NCBI GenBank assembly: GCA_964394715.1
Contig: CAYMYR010000007.1
Coordinates: 498 to 64,497 of the forward strand
Reading direction: 5' to 3'
DNA from: an uncultured Smithella sp.
GTDB lineage: Bacteria; Desulfobacterota; Syntrophia; Syntrophales; Smithellaceae
DNA length: 64,000 bases
Shown here in pieces: positions 52,657 through 63,500 of this stretch; position 1 is the stretch's first letter; each line of letters starts with the position of its first letter. The notes under the pieces are model-generated. The model searched no databases. It saw nothing but the letters and a program-made list of their open reading frames with translations, and was not told the DNA's origin. A program made the translations under genes and the position numbers.

Positions 52657-53640
52657 ATGAACATGACATTTACGATAAACGTAAGACTCATGAAAAAGAT
52701 CGTTAGCATTGCCGCTTTAATCATCATCATCGGAGCCCTGTGCGGATACATTTCATACAGTAAAGACAAGAACGCTGCTCCCAGAGGTTTCGTCATGGGC
52801 AATGGACGTGTTGAGGCCACGGAGATCGACATTGCAACAAAATACCCTGGACGCCTCTGCCAGGTCTTTGTCAGGGAGGGGGACACGGTGAGGGCAGACC
52901 AGGTGGTAGCAAAGATGGACACAAGCACCCTTGAGGCGCAATTGATGCAGGCCGAGGCGGAAATCCACCGAGCCCGGGAATCTCGTAAAACGGCAATCTC
53001 GAGGGTCAGGGAAAGCGAAAGTCGCCTCGATCTGGCTTACCGGGAACTGGAACGATCCCAAAGGCTCGTGGCAAAGGGTTTTATCACCCGGCAAAAATAC
53101 GACTACGACCAGACTGCCGCGGAGAGTTTTGAAGCCCAGAATGCAGCAGCCAGAGCCATGGTGGGCGAAGCCGGCGCTGCGGTTGAATCCGCAAGTGCTT
53201 TGGCAAAACGTTTGAGGGCGGAAATCAATGACTGTATTTTAAAGTCACCCCGCAACGGACAGGTCATGTCACGCCTTGCCGAACCCGGTGCGGTCCTGGG
53301 GGCAGGGGGTAAAATCCTGACAATCATCGATCGCGGGGACATGTACATGAATGTTTTCCTTCCCGCCAACGCCGCAGGGACTATTACCGTCGGATCTGAC
53401 GCCAGGGTGGTTCCCGATGCCTTCCCGAACGAGAACATCCCGGCAAAAGTGACTTTCGTTTCCGAAAAAGCGCAGTTCACCCCCAGGGAAGTAGAAGCTA
53501 CTGAAGAAAGACAGAAGCTGGTCTTCCGGGTTAAGGTCCATCTCCTAAGTGGAGAGGATAAGCGTCTGAAGCCGGGTCTCCCGGGTATAACCTATGTCCG
53601 CGTTGATCCTGCAGCCAGTTGGTCCGGTATTACCAGATGA
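52657..53640 (+). CDS. HlyD-family periplasmic adaptor (YhiI/YbhG-like)
   Basis: N-terminal TM segment, biotinyl/lipoyl-like and coiled-coil segments, and a C-terminal KPGLPG. GGAGG upstream. The stop overlaps the next start in an ATGA arrangement. Confidence 0.8.
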   Translation: MNMTFTINVRLMKKIVSIAALIIIIGALCGYISYSKDKNAAPRGFVMGNGRVEATEIDIATKYPGRLCQVFVREGDTVRADQVVAKMDTSTLEAQLMQAEAEIHRARESRKTAISRVRESESRLDLAYRELERSQRLVAKGFITRQKYDYDQTAAESFEAQNAAARAMVGEAGAAVESASALAKRLRAEINDCILKSPRNGQVMSRLAEPGAVLGAGGKILTIIDRGDMYMNVFLPANAAGTITVGSDARVVPDAFPNENIPAKVTFVSEKAQFTPREVEATEERQKLVFRVKVHLLSGEDKRLKPGLPGITYVRVDPAASWSGITR

Positions 53641-56393
53641 ACGACCAGGAAAATTCCCCGGAAGCGATCATCCAAATCGAAAGCCTGAAACATCTCTATG
53701 GGAAAAAGCATGCCCTGGAGGGCATCGATCTTAAGATTCCGGCGGGTGGCCGCATCGGTTTTATCGGTCCGGACGGCGTCGGGAAATCGACATTGCTCGG
53801 GGTAATCGCCGGGCTGAGAAAAATTCAGATCGGAAAGGTCCAGGTCTTGGGCGGCGACATGCGATCCGGCAACCACTGCCAGAGTGTATGCTCCAAGATC
53901 GCCTATATGCCGCAGGGACTGGGACAGAATCTCTATCCAACCCTTTCCGTCTTCGAAAACATCGACTTCTTCGGCCGCCTCTACAGCTTTTCCCGCAATG
54001 AGAGAGAAGAACGCATCCACCGTTTGCTGAAAGCCACAAACCTCGCCCCGTTTGCCGACAGACCCGCCGGAAAACTTTCCGGGGGAATGAAGCAGAAACT
54101 GGGGTTATGTTGTGCCCTGATCCATGACCCGGAACTACTTATTCTCGATGAACCGACGACCGGCGTTGACCCTCTTTCACGACGCCAGTTCTGGGAGCTT
54201 GTCAATGAAATCCGTCGGGAACTTCACGGAATGACTATCCTGGTAGCAACAGCCTATATGGAAGAAGCGGAGCATATGGACTGGCTGATCATGATGGAAG
54301 GGGGTAAAATTCTGGCCGTAGGTACCCAGGAAGAGTTGAAGGTCCAGACGGGAAGAGAATCCGTCGAGGAGGCCTACATCGCCCTGCTGCCGGAGGAAAA
54401 GCGCCGTGGTCACCGCGCATTTACTATACCACCGCGCGTTGCCGGCGACGGCGGCTTCGCCATTGAGGCCCGTAATCTCACCAAGTGCTTCGGCGATTTC
54501 ACCGCCGTGGACAACGTTTCCTTCGATATCCCTAGAGGAGAAATCTTCGGCTTTCTCGGCTCCAATGGCTGTGGAAAGACAACAACGATGAAGATGCTCA
54601 CGGGGCTCCTGCCCCCTACGGAAGGGGAGGCATTTCTTTTCGGGGAGACGATCGAGGCCGGCAGCATCAGCCTCCGCAAACGGCTGGGCTACATGTCCCA
54701 GTTGTTTTCCCTGTACGGGGAGTTGACGGTCAGGCAGAACCTGGAGCTTCACGCCCATCTCTTCGATCTCCCTGCCCGGGATGTCCGCAAACGCGTCATG
54801 GAGATGGTAGAGCAGTTCGACCTCCGGGAGGTCATCGATGATCAGGCGGAGCGGCTGCCCCTGGGTATCCGGCAGAGGCTGTCCCTGGCAGTCGCGGTCA
54901 TCCACGAACCGGAGATCCTGATCCTGGACGAACCGACATCCGGTGTTGACCCGGTAGCCCGGGACCAGTTCTGGGAGCTGATCATCAAGATCTCCCGGGA
55001 ACGCAATGTGACGATCTTCATAACCACGCACTATATGAACGAGGCCACCCGATGTGACCGTATCGCGCTGATGAGCATGGGGAAGGTCCTCGCCTGCGAC
55101 TCACCGGCCGAACTCATCCGGACCAGAAACTGCAAAACCCTGGAGGAGGCCTTCATTGAATGCATGCGGGAAGATATCGAAAGGAACAGCGAATTTACTC
55201 TGACGGGAAAGAGAAATGACGATGCTCCTTACACAGTTCACAAGACACATACGCAAAAGCAGAACCGAAGTTTTGACATTCATCGTCTGGCTGCGTTGGC
55301 CAGAAGGGAAACCATTGAATTGCTGCGCGATCCTGTCCGCCTTGTGACTTCCTTTGTTGTTGCCCCGCTCCTCCTTATCGTTTTCGGATACGGAATTTCG
55401 ACAGACGTGGACAACATCCGATACAGTACCCTTGATTACAACAGAACTTCTTCGAGCCGTTCCTACCTGGAATCTTTTTCCAGTTCTGCTTATTTGAACG
55501 AAAAACCGCCCCTGGAAAATCCGGTGGATATGGACAGGCATTTCCAGAAGCTGGATTATACCGCCGTCATCGAAATCCCCCCGGACTTCGACAAATCCAT
55601 CAAACAGGGCCATACATCGACCGTTGGCGTCTGGATCGATGGAAAGGTGCCGTTCCGTGCGGAGATCGCGAAGAACTTCATTGAAGCCGCCCATCTGACT
55701 TACCTGGCCGGGATACTGAAAGGTACCCCCTTCTCCCCGGAAAACCAGGCGGTACAGATCGAACCGCGCTACTGGTACAATCAGATGGTGCAGAGCCGCT
55801 ATTCCATCGTCCCCGGCATTCTCGCTGTTGTGCTGATGCTTGTCCCGGCCATGCTTACGGCCGTTGGCGTCGTCCGGGAAAAGGAATTTGGTTCCATTTC
55901 CAATCTCTATGCCAGTCCCACCACCCGTACCGAATTTCTCTGGGGGAAACAGGCGCCTTATATCATCCTGAGCGGAGCCAGCTTCTTTATCCTCGTTGTC
56001 CTCATTCTTTTTCTGTTCCAGGTCCCCTTCAAGGGCAGTATCATCGCCTTGTTTGTCGGCGTTTTTCTCTACATCCTGAACAGTACCGGGTTCGGACTCC
56101 TGGTGTCTACCTTTACCCAGACCCAGATCGCCGCCCTGGTCGGGGCCTTCGTCATAACGGTCATCCCTTCCGCCGCATTTTCCGGTCTGCTGACCCCGGT
56201 CTCGGCCATGGTCGGAGGGGCAAGGTTCATGGCGGACTACTTTCCCGCCCAGTATTTTCTGAACATCAGCGTCGGTACTTTCACCAAGGCCATCGGATTT
56301 CCGGAACTGATGAAAAATTACGTCATCCTCATCATCATGTACCTCGTTATCTATTCACTGTCAGTGATGCTGTTACAGAAACAGGATAAATAG
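53637..56393 (+). CDS. Fused ABC transporter: two ATPase domains + ABC-2 permease (RbbA/YhiH-like architecture)
   Basis: Start moved to ATG 53637. Walker A GPDGVGKST and GSNGCGKTT. Signature motifs LSGGMKQK and LPLGIRQR. Walker B LLILDEPT and ILILDEPT. About 6 TM helices at the C-terminus. Confidence 0.85.
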   Translation: MNDQENSPEAIIQIESLKHLYGKKHALEGIDLKIPAGGRIGFIGPDGVGKSTLLGVIAGLRKIQIGKVQVLGGDMRSGNHCQSVCSKIAYMPQGLGQNLYPTLSVFENIDFFGRLYSFSRNEREERIHRLLKATNLAPFADRPAGKLSGGMKQKLGLCCALIHDPELLILDEPTTGVDPLSRRQFWELVNEIRRELHGMTILVATAYMEEAEHMDWLIMMEGGKILAVGTQEELKVQTGRESVEEAYIALLPEEKRRGHRAFTIPPRVAGDGGFAIEARNLTKCFGDFTAVDNVSFDIPRGEIFGFLGSNGCGKTTTMKMLTGLLPPTEGEAFLFGETIEAGSISLRKRLGYMSQLFSLYGELTVRQNLELHAHLFDLPARDVRKRVMEMVEQFDLREVIDDQAERLPLGIRQRLSLAVAVIHEPEILILDEPTSGVDPVARDQFWELIIKISRERNVTIFITTHYMNEATRCDRIALMSMGKVLACDSPAELIRTRNCKTLEEAFIECMREDIERNSEFTLTGKRNDDAPYTVHKTHTQKQNRSFDIHRLAALARRETIELLRDPVRLVTSFVVAPLLLIVFGYGISTDVDNIRYSTLDYNRTSSSRSYLESFSSSAYLNEKPPLENPVDMDRHFQKLDYTAVIEIPPDFDKSIKQGHTSTVGVWIDGKVPFRAEIAKNFIEAAHLTYLAGILKGTPFSPENQAVQIEPRYWYNQMVQSRYSIVPGILAVVLMLVPAMLTAVGVVREKEFGSISNLYASPTTRTEFLWGKQAPYIILSGASFFILVVLILFLFQVPFKGSIIALFVGVFLYILNSTGFGLLVSTFTQTQIAALVGAFVITVIPSAAFSGLLTPVSAMVGGARFMADYFPAQYFLNISVGTFTKAIGFPELMKNYVILIIMYLVIYSLSVMLLQKQDK

Positions 56394-56395
56394 CA

Positions 56396-57511
56396 ATGAG
56401 AAGACTCTGGCACATCTATAGAATAGGATTGAAGGAACTGATCAGTTTCCGCTACGACTATACCCTGATCATCCTGCTCATCTATGCCTTTTCGATTATG
56501 GTGATCGTCCCTGCGAAGGAGGCCGGTGTCCAGGTTCGCAATGCCTCCGTGGGATTTGTTGATGAAGACAACTCCCGGCTATCCGAACGGATCCGGGATG
56601 CTGTCCAGCCTCCGCAATTCAAGACGGCCCAAACCGTATCCCTTGCAGACATCAATCGGGGCATGGACCGGGGAGAGTACACCTTTGTAATCCATATTCC
56701 CCCGGGATTTCAGAACGATGTCCTTTCCGGAAGGCGCCCCGTCGTCCGCATTGACGTTGACGCGACGGCCACAGGCCATGCCAAGCTCGGCACGAACTAT
56801 CTGCGCTATATCATTGCCGAAGAGACAAACCGCTATCTTTACGGAGTGCAGAAATTACCGGGATCGCCGGTCCAGCTTAACATTCGGGTAAAATACAACC
56901 CCAACCGTGAGAGCCATTGGTTCATGGGGATTGTCTTCCTGATGAAGATGATTACATTGCTGTCGGTTCTTCTGCCTGCGGCAGCCCTCATCCGCGAAAG
57001 GGAGCGGGGAACGGTCGAACACCTCCTTGTCATGCCCCTGACTCCCGCCGAGATCATTATTTCCAAGGTCTGGGCCAACAGCCTGGTGATCCTGAGCGGA
57101 GCAATGATCTCCCTCCTTCTGGCTGTCAGGTGGTTCCTTGGTGTTCCCCTCAGCGGTTCCATCCTGCTTTATGCTGTCGGGACAGTTGTTTATCTCTTTG
57201 CGACGACCGGCCTCGGAATCTTCCTCGGGACCATAGCCAAGAGCCAGCCCCAGATGGGTCTGCTCTGCCTCCCCATCGTCACTCCCATCGTAATGCTCTC
57301 CGGCGGGATGACACCTATCGAGGCCATGCCTTTGTGGCTGCAGAAGATTGTATCGTTTACCCCCACCTCCCATTACCTGGAGTTTGCAGCAACGGTTCTG
57401 ATCTGCAAGGCGGGGATTGATATTGTCTGGAAAGAACTGATCGTCATGATGGCCATTGGCACCGTACTCTTCACAGGCGCCATGCTGCGGTTCCGTAAAA
57501 CATTCCGATGA
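56396..57511 (+). CDS. ABC-2 type permease (YhhJ/YbhR-like)
   Basis: 371 aa with one N-terminal TM segment, a periplasmic loop, and 5 C-terminal TM segments. Confidence 0.8.
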   Translation: MRRLWHIYRIGLKELISFRYDYTLIILLIYAFSIMVIVPAKEAGVQVRNASVGFVDEDNSRLSERIRDAVQPPQFKTAQTVSLADINRGMDRGEYTFVIHIPPGFQNDVLSGRRPVVRIDVDATATGHAKLGTNYLRYIIAEETNRYLYGVQKLPGSPVQLNIRVKYNPNRESHWFMGIVFLMKMITLLSVLLPAAALIRERERGTVEHLLVMPLTPAEIIISKVWANSLVILSGAMISLLLAVRWFLGVPLSGSILLYAVGTVVYLFATTGLGIFLGTIAKSQPQMGLLCLPIVTPIVMLSGGMTPIEAMPLWLQKIVSFTPTSHYLEFAATVLICKAGIDIVWKELIVMMAIGTVLFTGAMLRFRKTFR

Positions 57512-57545
57512 GCCGCAACCAACAAACGACTGCGTTAACCGGGGA

Positions 57546-60500
57546 ATGATGACCATGCAGAAAAACGAAAGGAGGGAATCTCCAGCAACCGTGAGACAGA
57601 TTAATTTGATCCATCTGGCTCGCCTGTTCCTTCTGATGGCTTGCCTGATCCTTTTATGGAACACCGGTGCCAAAGTGGCATCAGGAGCCGGGTTCCCGGT
57701 TGATCAATTTGCCGGAAAGATCAAGGTGAATACCATCCAGGTCCTTGCGTCGCCGCGGAAAGAAGATGTCATCCAGGCTGCCCGTATTCTCGAGAGGGTG
57801 ATGGATGGTGTTTATATCAAGAAGGTCGCGGACCAGTATGTTCTGCTCATCGGTTCATTTCCCGATTCCAGAGAAGGAATTCAGGCGGGCCTCTCGGTTC
57901 TCGATGAAGTGAGGCAAGTCTATCCCAGGTCCTTTTTGCGGCCCGTCTGCAAAACACCGCAGTCTGATGCCCAAAATCGCCGCAGGGATTATCGTTGGTC
58001 CGACGGCGAACAATTAAGAAATCGGAAATTCCCGCCGCTCATCCAGGATCCGGATCCGATGTCTGAAGCAGAAAGATACGGCTACGGTTCATCACCCGGC
58101 CGCCGGCCGCCGGGTGATGAACGGAGATCCCTCTATCACCTGCGGGAAAGGAACATTCCATACGGGACCGGACATTCATACCACCCATCCGACGGGGAGT
58201 CCACTGACCGTGATGAAATCCGTTATGGTGATCGGATACCTGGATTTTATGGAAGCAGAAATTCTGTCGATCCTGAAGCCGGGGATGTGCTCAGGGTGGA
58301 TAGCGGGAAATCTCTGCGGGAAACGGATGAACTTCCGGATGGCTACACCGGCAGGGGGACGGAAAAAGAAAAATTCCAACACCTCCACTATATTCAACCG
58401 ATTCCCGTTACTCAAAATGCTGAACCGCAAATTGATCTCGAAGAGTACGGTTACGGATCCGCCGGCCGGCAGTTGGACGAAGGTATGCAATATGCACCCC
58501 ATCCTTCCATGGGAAGAGACGCCAGATATCCGGTCAGGCGATCATACCGGTCGTATGACCAGGGACCGCCCGGTCTTTACGAAAACCGTTCATACAAATC
58601 CGCAACAAGGTCTTATGGAAATAAAAAAGCCGTCGCACCTGAATCAGCGGAGACACGCCCGATCTACGGCCGGCCTTTGTCAAGGAATCCGGAGAATCCC
58701 CCAGAGGATTATTTCCCTGAGGCTGATTTAGGAAAAGAGAAAGAGGGACAGGCAACCATCAGCAATTCGTCTCCGTCCAGTTCTCCTGCGGAGATGTCTG
58801 AAGCAGACCTGATGGTTGCCCGTTCCCTTGAAAAAAGGCGTCCGGAATCAGGTTACGGCAGGGTGGACAACTTCGCTGTAAGGGGGGCCGACGAATATGA
58901 AGAACTGGGCGGTGCCACTGGACTGCGCCAAGAGAGCATGAAGAACCGGGAAAGGGTCTTTAAGGAAACATCCTCCGGCAAGCGGAAGGGTGACGACCGG
59001 TACTCCGTCATCAGGGGAGATGGCGCCGCCGTTAAACCAAAGTTTTCCTCTCCGATTCCGACGCCTTTCTATTCGGCAGCGGCAAGCCGTCGTCCCCACA
59101 GGAATGCTGCCGGATCATTGACCCTCCAGGAAAGCATCAGGATAGCCCTGAAGCAAAGCGTGGTCATTCAATCGGCTAAAGAAGGGGTCGTAGGAGCGCA
59201 GTATGCGAAAAAGGAAGCCTTCACCAATTTTCTCCCCAAGCTGAATACTTCGTACAATTACACCAGGCTCAATGAGCCGCCGGTTTTCCGGACACCGGAA
59301 ACCTCCATCTCTCTGACGACGTATGACAGGCGTCTCAGTATGGCAAATGCCTTTACAATCCCTTCTGTTGATATTCCCATGGGAACCAAGGATAACTATG
59401 CCTGGGCGCTGGAGGTTAAACAGCCTTTGTTTGCCGGTGGCGGGATTCTGTCCAACTACCTGGCAAACCGCACGGGTGAGGAAATCGCCCGAATGGAAGA
59501 GGTGACGGCCATCCAGGATGTGATTCAGGAGGTTATGGTCTCCTACTACAATGTTTTGAAGGCCCAGAGCCTTTACGATGTTGCCGTCAAGTCTCTTGAA
59601 CGCCTGAAGGCTCATCGTGACATGGCCGCAAATCACTTCAAGGTGGGCATGGTTGCTCTGAATGATTATCTCGCCACGGATGTCGAAGTTGCCAATGGGG
59701 AACAGAATCTGGTGAAGGCAGAAAACGCTGTCGAGATGGCCAGTGCCAAATTCAACACGGCTCTGCGCCGTCCCCTGAATACCCCTGTCGAACTCGTGGA
59801 TGCCCTGGAAGTTCGACCTGATAACAGGACCCTGGAGTTTTGTATTAACGAGGCGATGGACCGCCGTCCGGAAATCAAGGCCTATTCTTTGAAGGCCAAG
59901 CAGGCGGGACATCTCGTCGATGCCGCCAAAAGTGAATATTTTCCTACCGTCAGCTTCCTTGGGCACTATGAACTATCGGGAGATACGCCGGGAGTCAATG
60001 GGGCTGAATACTCGGAAACCTTTGCATCGGCCAGCATTCCCGGCAGCAGGGGCAATGTAACGGTCCATGGCAGCCAAACCAAGGATCGTGAGAGCTGGTA
60101 TCTGATGTTTATGCTTAGCTGGAATTTTTGGGAATGGGGAAAAACCCAATACCGTGTCGGTAACGCCCGCAGCCGGGAGATGCAGGTGAATTACGCCTTG
60201 GCCAACATTCGTGATCAGATCTCCCTTGATGTGAAAAATGCCTGGCTAAACCTGCGCCAGGCGGAAAAGCAGATTTCCGTGGCCAGGAAGGCCATCGATG
60301 AGGCGGAGGAAAGCTTCCTGATCAGCCTGGAGCGTTACCGGGAGAGCACAATCACCACGACAACCGTCCTGGATGCCCAAACGCGTCTCACCAAGGCAAA
60401 TTCCGATTACTATAACGCCCTGGGTGATTATCACATCGGCCTGGCGAAATTGGAACGGGCCATGGGTAACCTGTCGCCCGAAAACCGGACAGGTCAATAG
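57546..60500 (+). CDS. TolC-like outer-membrane efflux protein with N-terminal SPOR-like domain and long disordered linker
   Basis: Start probably ATG 57546 (track start 57456 overlaps the permease gene). Hydrophobic signal/anchor segment. SPOR-like block at about 57717-57941 (IQVLASPRKEDVIQAARILERV...YVLLIGSFPDSREGIQAGLSVL). A stretch of about 390 aa rich in R/Y/G/P/E/S follows. From about 59115 it is a canonical OEP/TolC two-repeat domain. Confidence 0.8.
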   Translation: MMTMQKNERRESPATVRQINLIHLARLFLLMACLILLWNTGAKVASGAGFPVDQFAGKIKVNTIQVLASPRKEDVIQAARILERVMDGVYIKKVADQYVLLIGSFPDSREGIQAGLSVLDEVRQVYPRSFLRPVCKTPQSDAQNRRRDYRWSDGEQLRNRKFPPLIQDPDPMSEAERYGYGSSPGRRPPGDERRSLYHLRERNIPYGTGHSYHPSDGESTDRDEIRYGDRIPGFYGSRNSVDPEAGDVLRVDSGKSLRETDELPDGYTGRGTEKEKFQHLHYIQPIPVTQNAEPQIDLEEYGYGSAGRQLDEGMQYAPHPSMGRDARYPVRRSYRSYDQGPPGLYENRSYKSATRSYGNKKAVAPESAETRPIYGRPLSRNPENPPEDYFPEADLGKEKEGQATISNSSPSSSPAEMSEADLMVARSLEKRRPESGYGRVDNFAVRGADEYEELGGATGLRQESMKNRERVFKETSSGKRKGDDRYSVIRGDGAAVKPKFSSPIPTPFYSAAASRRPHRNAAGSLTLQESIRIALKQSVVIQSAKEGVVGAQYAKKEAFTNFLPKLNTSYNYTRLNEPPVFRTPETSISLTTYDRRLSMANAFTIPSVDIPMGTKDNYAWALEVKQPLFAGGGILSNYLANRTGEEIARMEEVTAIQDVIQEVMVSYYNVLKAQSLYDVAVKSLERLKAHRDMAANHFKVGMVALNDYLATDVEVANGEQNLVKAENAVEMASAKFNTALRRPLNTPVELVDALEVRPDNRTLEFCINEAMDRRPEIKAYSLKAKQAGHLVDAAKSEYFPTVSFLGHYELSGDTPGVNGAEYSETFASASIPGSRGNVTVHGSQTKDRESWYLMFMLSWNFWEWGKTQYRVGNARSREMQVNYALANIRDQISLDVKNAWLNLRQAEKQISVARKAIDEAEESFLISLERYRESTITTTTVLDAQTRLTKANSDYYNALGDYHIGLAKLERAMGNLSPENRTGQ

Positions 60501-60571
60501 GGTGCATGCCGGTATGCCATGGCGGATAATGGGTGAGAAAATGGCCGGAACAGGATGCAAAAAAACTGGAT

Positions 60572-63500
60572 CTAACCATAACAGGTCCTGTTGATAATGA
60601 TCTTTTTCAAATCGTCGGAAAGGTCATTGAAGTATGAGCAGTAGCCGGCTACACGAACCAGCAGATGGGGGTATTTTCCCGGATGGTCATAGGCATCGAG
60701 CAAAATTTGTCTGTTAATGACGTTCGGCTGAAACTGCATACCGCCTTTATCAAAGTAAGCACGGATGATGCCGGAGAGGTTTCTGATTCCGTCCCTGCCC
60801 TGGAACAGCGCCGAGTCAACTGTGAATGTAACCGTGGTGCCGTTGGGGGCATAGTTTGCAAAGTCAACCCCGGCAACAGCATTCAGGGATGACAATAAAT
60901 CCGTTGTCTGCATTCCGTAATGGGGGGTAATGCTGTTGGCAAGAGAAACGCCGCCCAATCTGCCTGAGGGCAGCGCGGGCGTTTTCTTCCCGTAGACATC
61001 ATTGACATTCAAAGCATAATATCCTGCGGTATAGATTCCGCCTCTTGGACAGTTCGCAACCGAGTTCAGTGCGCTGACGTAAATCTGCAAGGTTTTGTTC
61101 ACCCATTCGGTTGCCTGATGCGAACCGTCATGACCAAATTTTGGAACTTCGAGTAATGCCGATCTTACCTTCTGAAAATATTCCCCCTCAAAGTTTTTGT
61201 TGACGGCGTCGATGACGTCATGGATGGAATAAAGCTTCTTCCGGTAGACCACCTCGTCAATGGCAAAGAGTGAATCCGCGACGTCCGTGATTCCTACAGC
61301 CTGAATGCCGCTGCTGTTGATTGTCGCGCCGCCTTCGCACAGGTCCCTTCCGCTCTCGATACAACCCTTGAAAAGGGAGGATGAGAGAGGGGTTGTGAAG
61401 TTTTCACGAATCACTTTCTCAATATTCTGGTGATCGGCCAGGATGGAGCTGGTCAGATGATTCAAACGCACCTGAAAGCGGCGAAGCAGTTCTTCCATGT
61501 TCGCAGGGGGCCTGGGTGTGGCCGTTCTTTTCTTTTTAAAACGGTTTCGGGCATGCATGTATTTTGTAAGGACATATCTGGAAAATGGATTGTCCCTGCG
61601 GCAGTTGTATTCGAAAAACTTCGTGGTCATTTTTTCCAGCTGATCGGTGAAACCGATGTTCCACAGATCTTCTTCTTCCCCTTTGAGGGCCTGCAGAAAA
61701 GGAAGGGCGACGTTCACGTTGGCGCAGTCGGTGTTGCCGAAATGATCATCGGACACATTGGGTTCAACGCATCCGATTACCGCGTAATTTCTCGCATCCT
61801 CCACGGGGGCTGAAGGGTAATGCTTTTTTAACGTTTCCAGGTAAATTTCATCGTTGTATAGGGCAGGCATGGGGGCGCCGTTGATATATACCTCGGCAAG
61901 CCTGTCCAGGTATTGTATGGGGCTGTCCTTGTGAATCCTTGCCGTCATGTTGCAGGCGTAAGGCTGCAATTCGCAGATATCGAGCAGCATGTAGGTAACG
62001 TCATTGGTGGCGTCCCTGCCGTCTCTGCCCAGACCTCCGGCGGTTACAGCCTGATCCGTTGACATTGTCTCAAAGAGTCTTCCTATTCTCAAATAGGTAT
62101 CGCCATCATTGACCAGGATGGCTTCGTCCATTTTGAGAATATACAAGGCCAGCAGTTCTTTTGCCTTGTCATAGTCCAGGATACCGGCCTCTTTGTCCCT
62201 TTTATAGTAAGGATATAATACCTGGTCGAGGCGTCCATGGGAGATTGCGTTTTCGTAGGATTCCGTGCAAATCGCAATCTGCAGAAACAGCATGCTTTGC
62301 AGTGCTTCATGATACGTGCGGGCAGGGTATTTGGGGACATGCCGGCAGATTGCGGCCATTCCTTCCAGCTCTTTGCGGCGTTCAGGATCCGCTTCCCGTA
62401 GATGGAGGCTTGACAGACTCTCGGCATAACGAGCGGCAAACGCCTCCAATCCCTGAAGTGCGAGGATGGCGCCTTCGTAAAAGTCCCGGGCATTGCCGGG
62501 CTTTTCTTTTTGCGCCGATTGAATTTCCCTGATGATCCCTGTGGTGCCAAGTTCAAGCATGCGCTCAAAGTTGACGGTAAAATGCGCAATGGCCGCCGTG
62601 TTGTTATTGAATCCGGCAACATTTTCGGAAGAGCGGGCCATGGTCAACATAAACTTGGGGATGGTATTATTCACCTTCATCAAAAGGCTGTGTTTCAGCC
62701 AGAAAGGAAGCGTTCTGAAAAAAAAGTCTAGTCTTTCCCTCCAGGAACACTTAAACGGAACCGGTTTCTGGCGATGGATCTGATGGAGAATCGAGGCGAA
62801 GAGAACGCCGTAGTGTTCCTCCCATATCTGTCCGCCGCATCGTTTGGCGGTAAAATTGCCGACGAGCAGTTCCCGGGGGTAAATAATAACACTCTTGTTT
62901 TTTAATACATAAGACAGGCGCTCTGCTCTGTGAATGGGGGTCGGTTTCTTAAATCCGTGCTTCCTGTAGTAATCTGTTTTCAGCCTGGAGACCTCAAAGC
63001 ACAGACTCCGGCCGCTTTCCCGGATAGCGTTTTGTATGTCATAAACGCGTCTGGAAAAGGCGGCTTTATGCCCGGGAGTATCCAGATCATAGCATTCGGC
63101 TTTGATGCCAAACGATTGGAACAGTAAGACAGCTTTCTTTACAGCGGCAAGGCTCTGCGCATCTGTGATATTCAACGGTTTAGACGTTAATCCAAGACGT
63201 CGGGCTTTCTCTTCATACATGCAGTGGTATTTCAGCAGCTCGATGGTGTCATGACGGACAGACTTCAGGAAATCAGCAGCCGCAGCCACACGGCTTTCAT
63301 CGTCATTGTAACCCGGCACTATCAGCATGCGGAATTTTATCCCGGCGTTCAGGGCAATCAGTTTACCGATGTTATCCAGGATGATTCTGCTGTCCTGCCC
63401 CGTGTATTTCTTATGGAGAGTTTCATCGCCGACAACTTTCAAATCAACAAGGAACAGATCGATGCAGGGTGCCAACTTCTCGATATTTTCCCATGGTACG

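Noticed and set aside
57627-57641. Possible lipobox (LLMAC) in the TolC-like protein
   Set aside because: The Cys sits in the middle of the hydrophobic core and is followed by LILLWNTGAKVASGAG, and the -2 residue Met is atypical. A signal-peptidase-I site after VASGA or an uncleaved anchor is more likely.
54177-59966. Minus-strand ORFs 54177..55031, 55101..55694, 56855..57673 and 59115..59966 inside the efflux genes
   Set aside because: They are antisense to genes with Walker, signature and TolC motifs. They have no SD and low-complexity sequences.
60501-60571. Expected bidirectional terminator between the convergent TolC-like and fused-GRE genes
   Set aside because: Only very short stems (4 bp, e.g. 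GCAT/ATGC) and no T/A runs are present, so no terminator is called.
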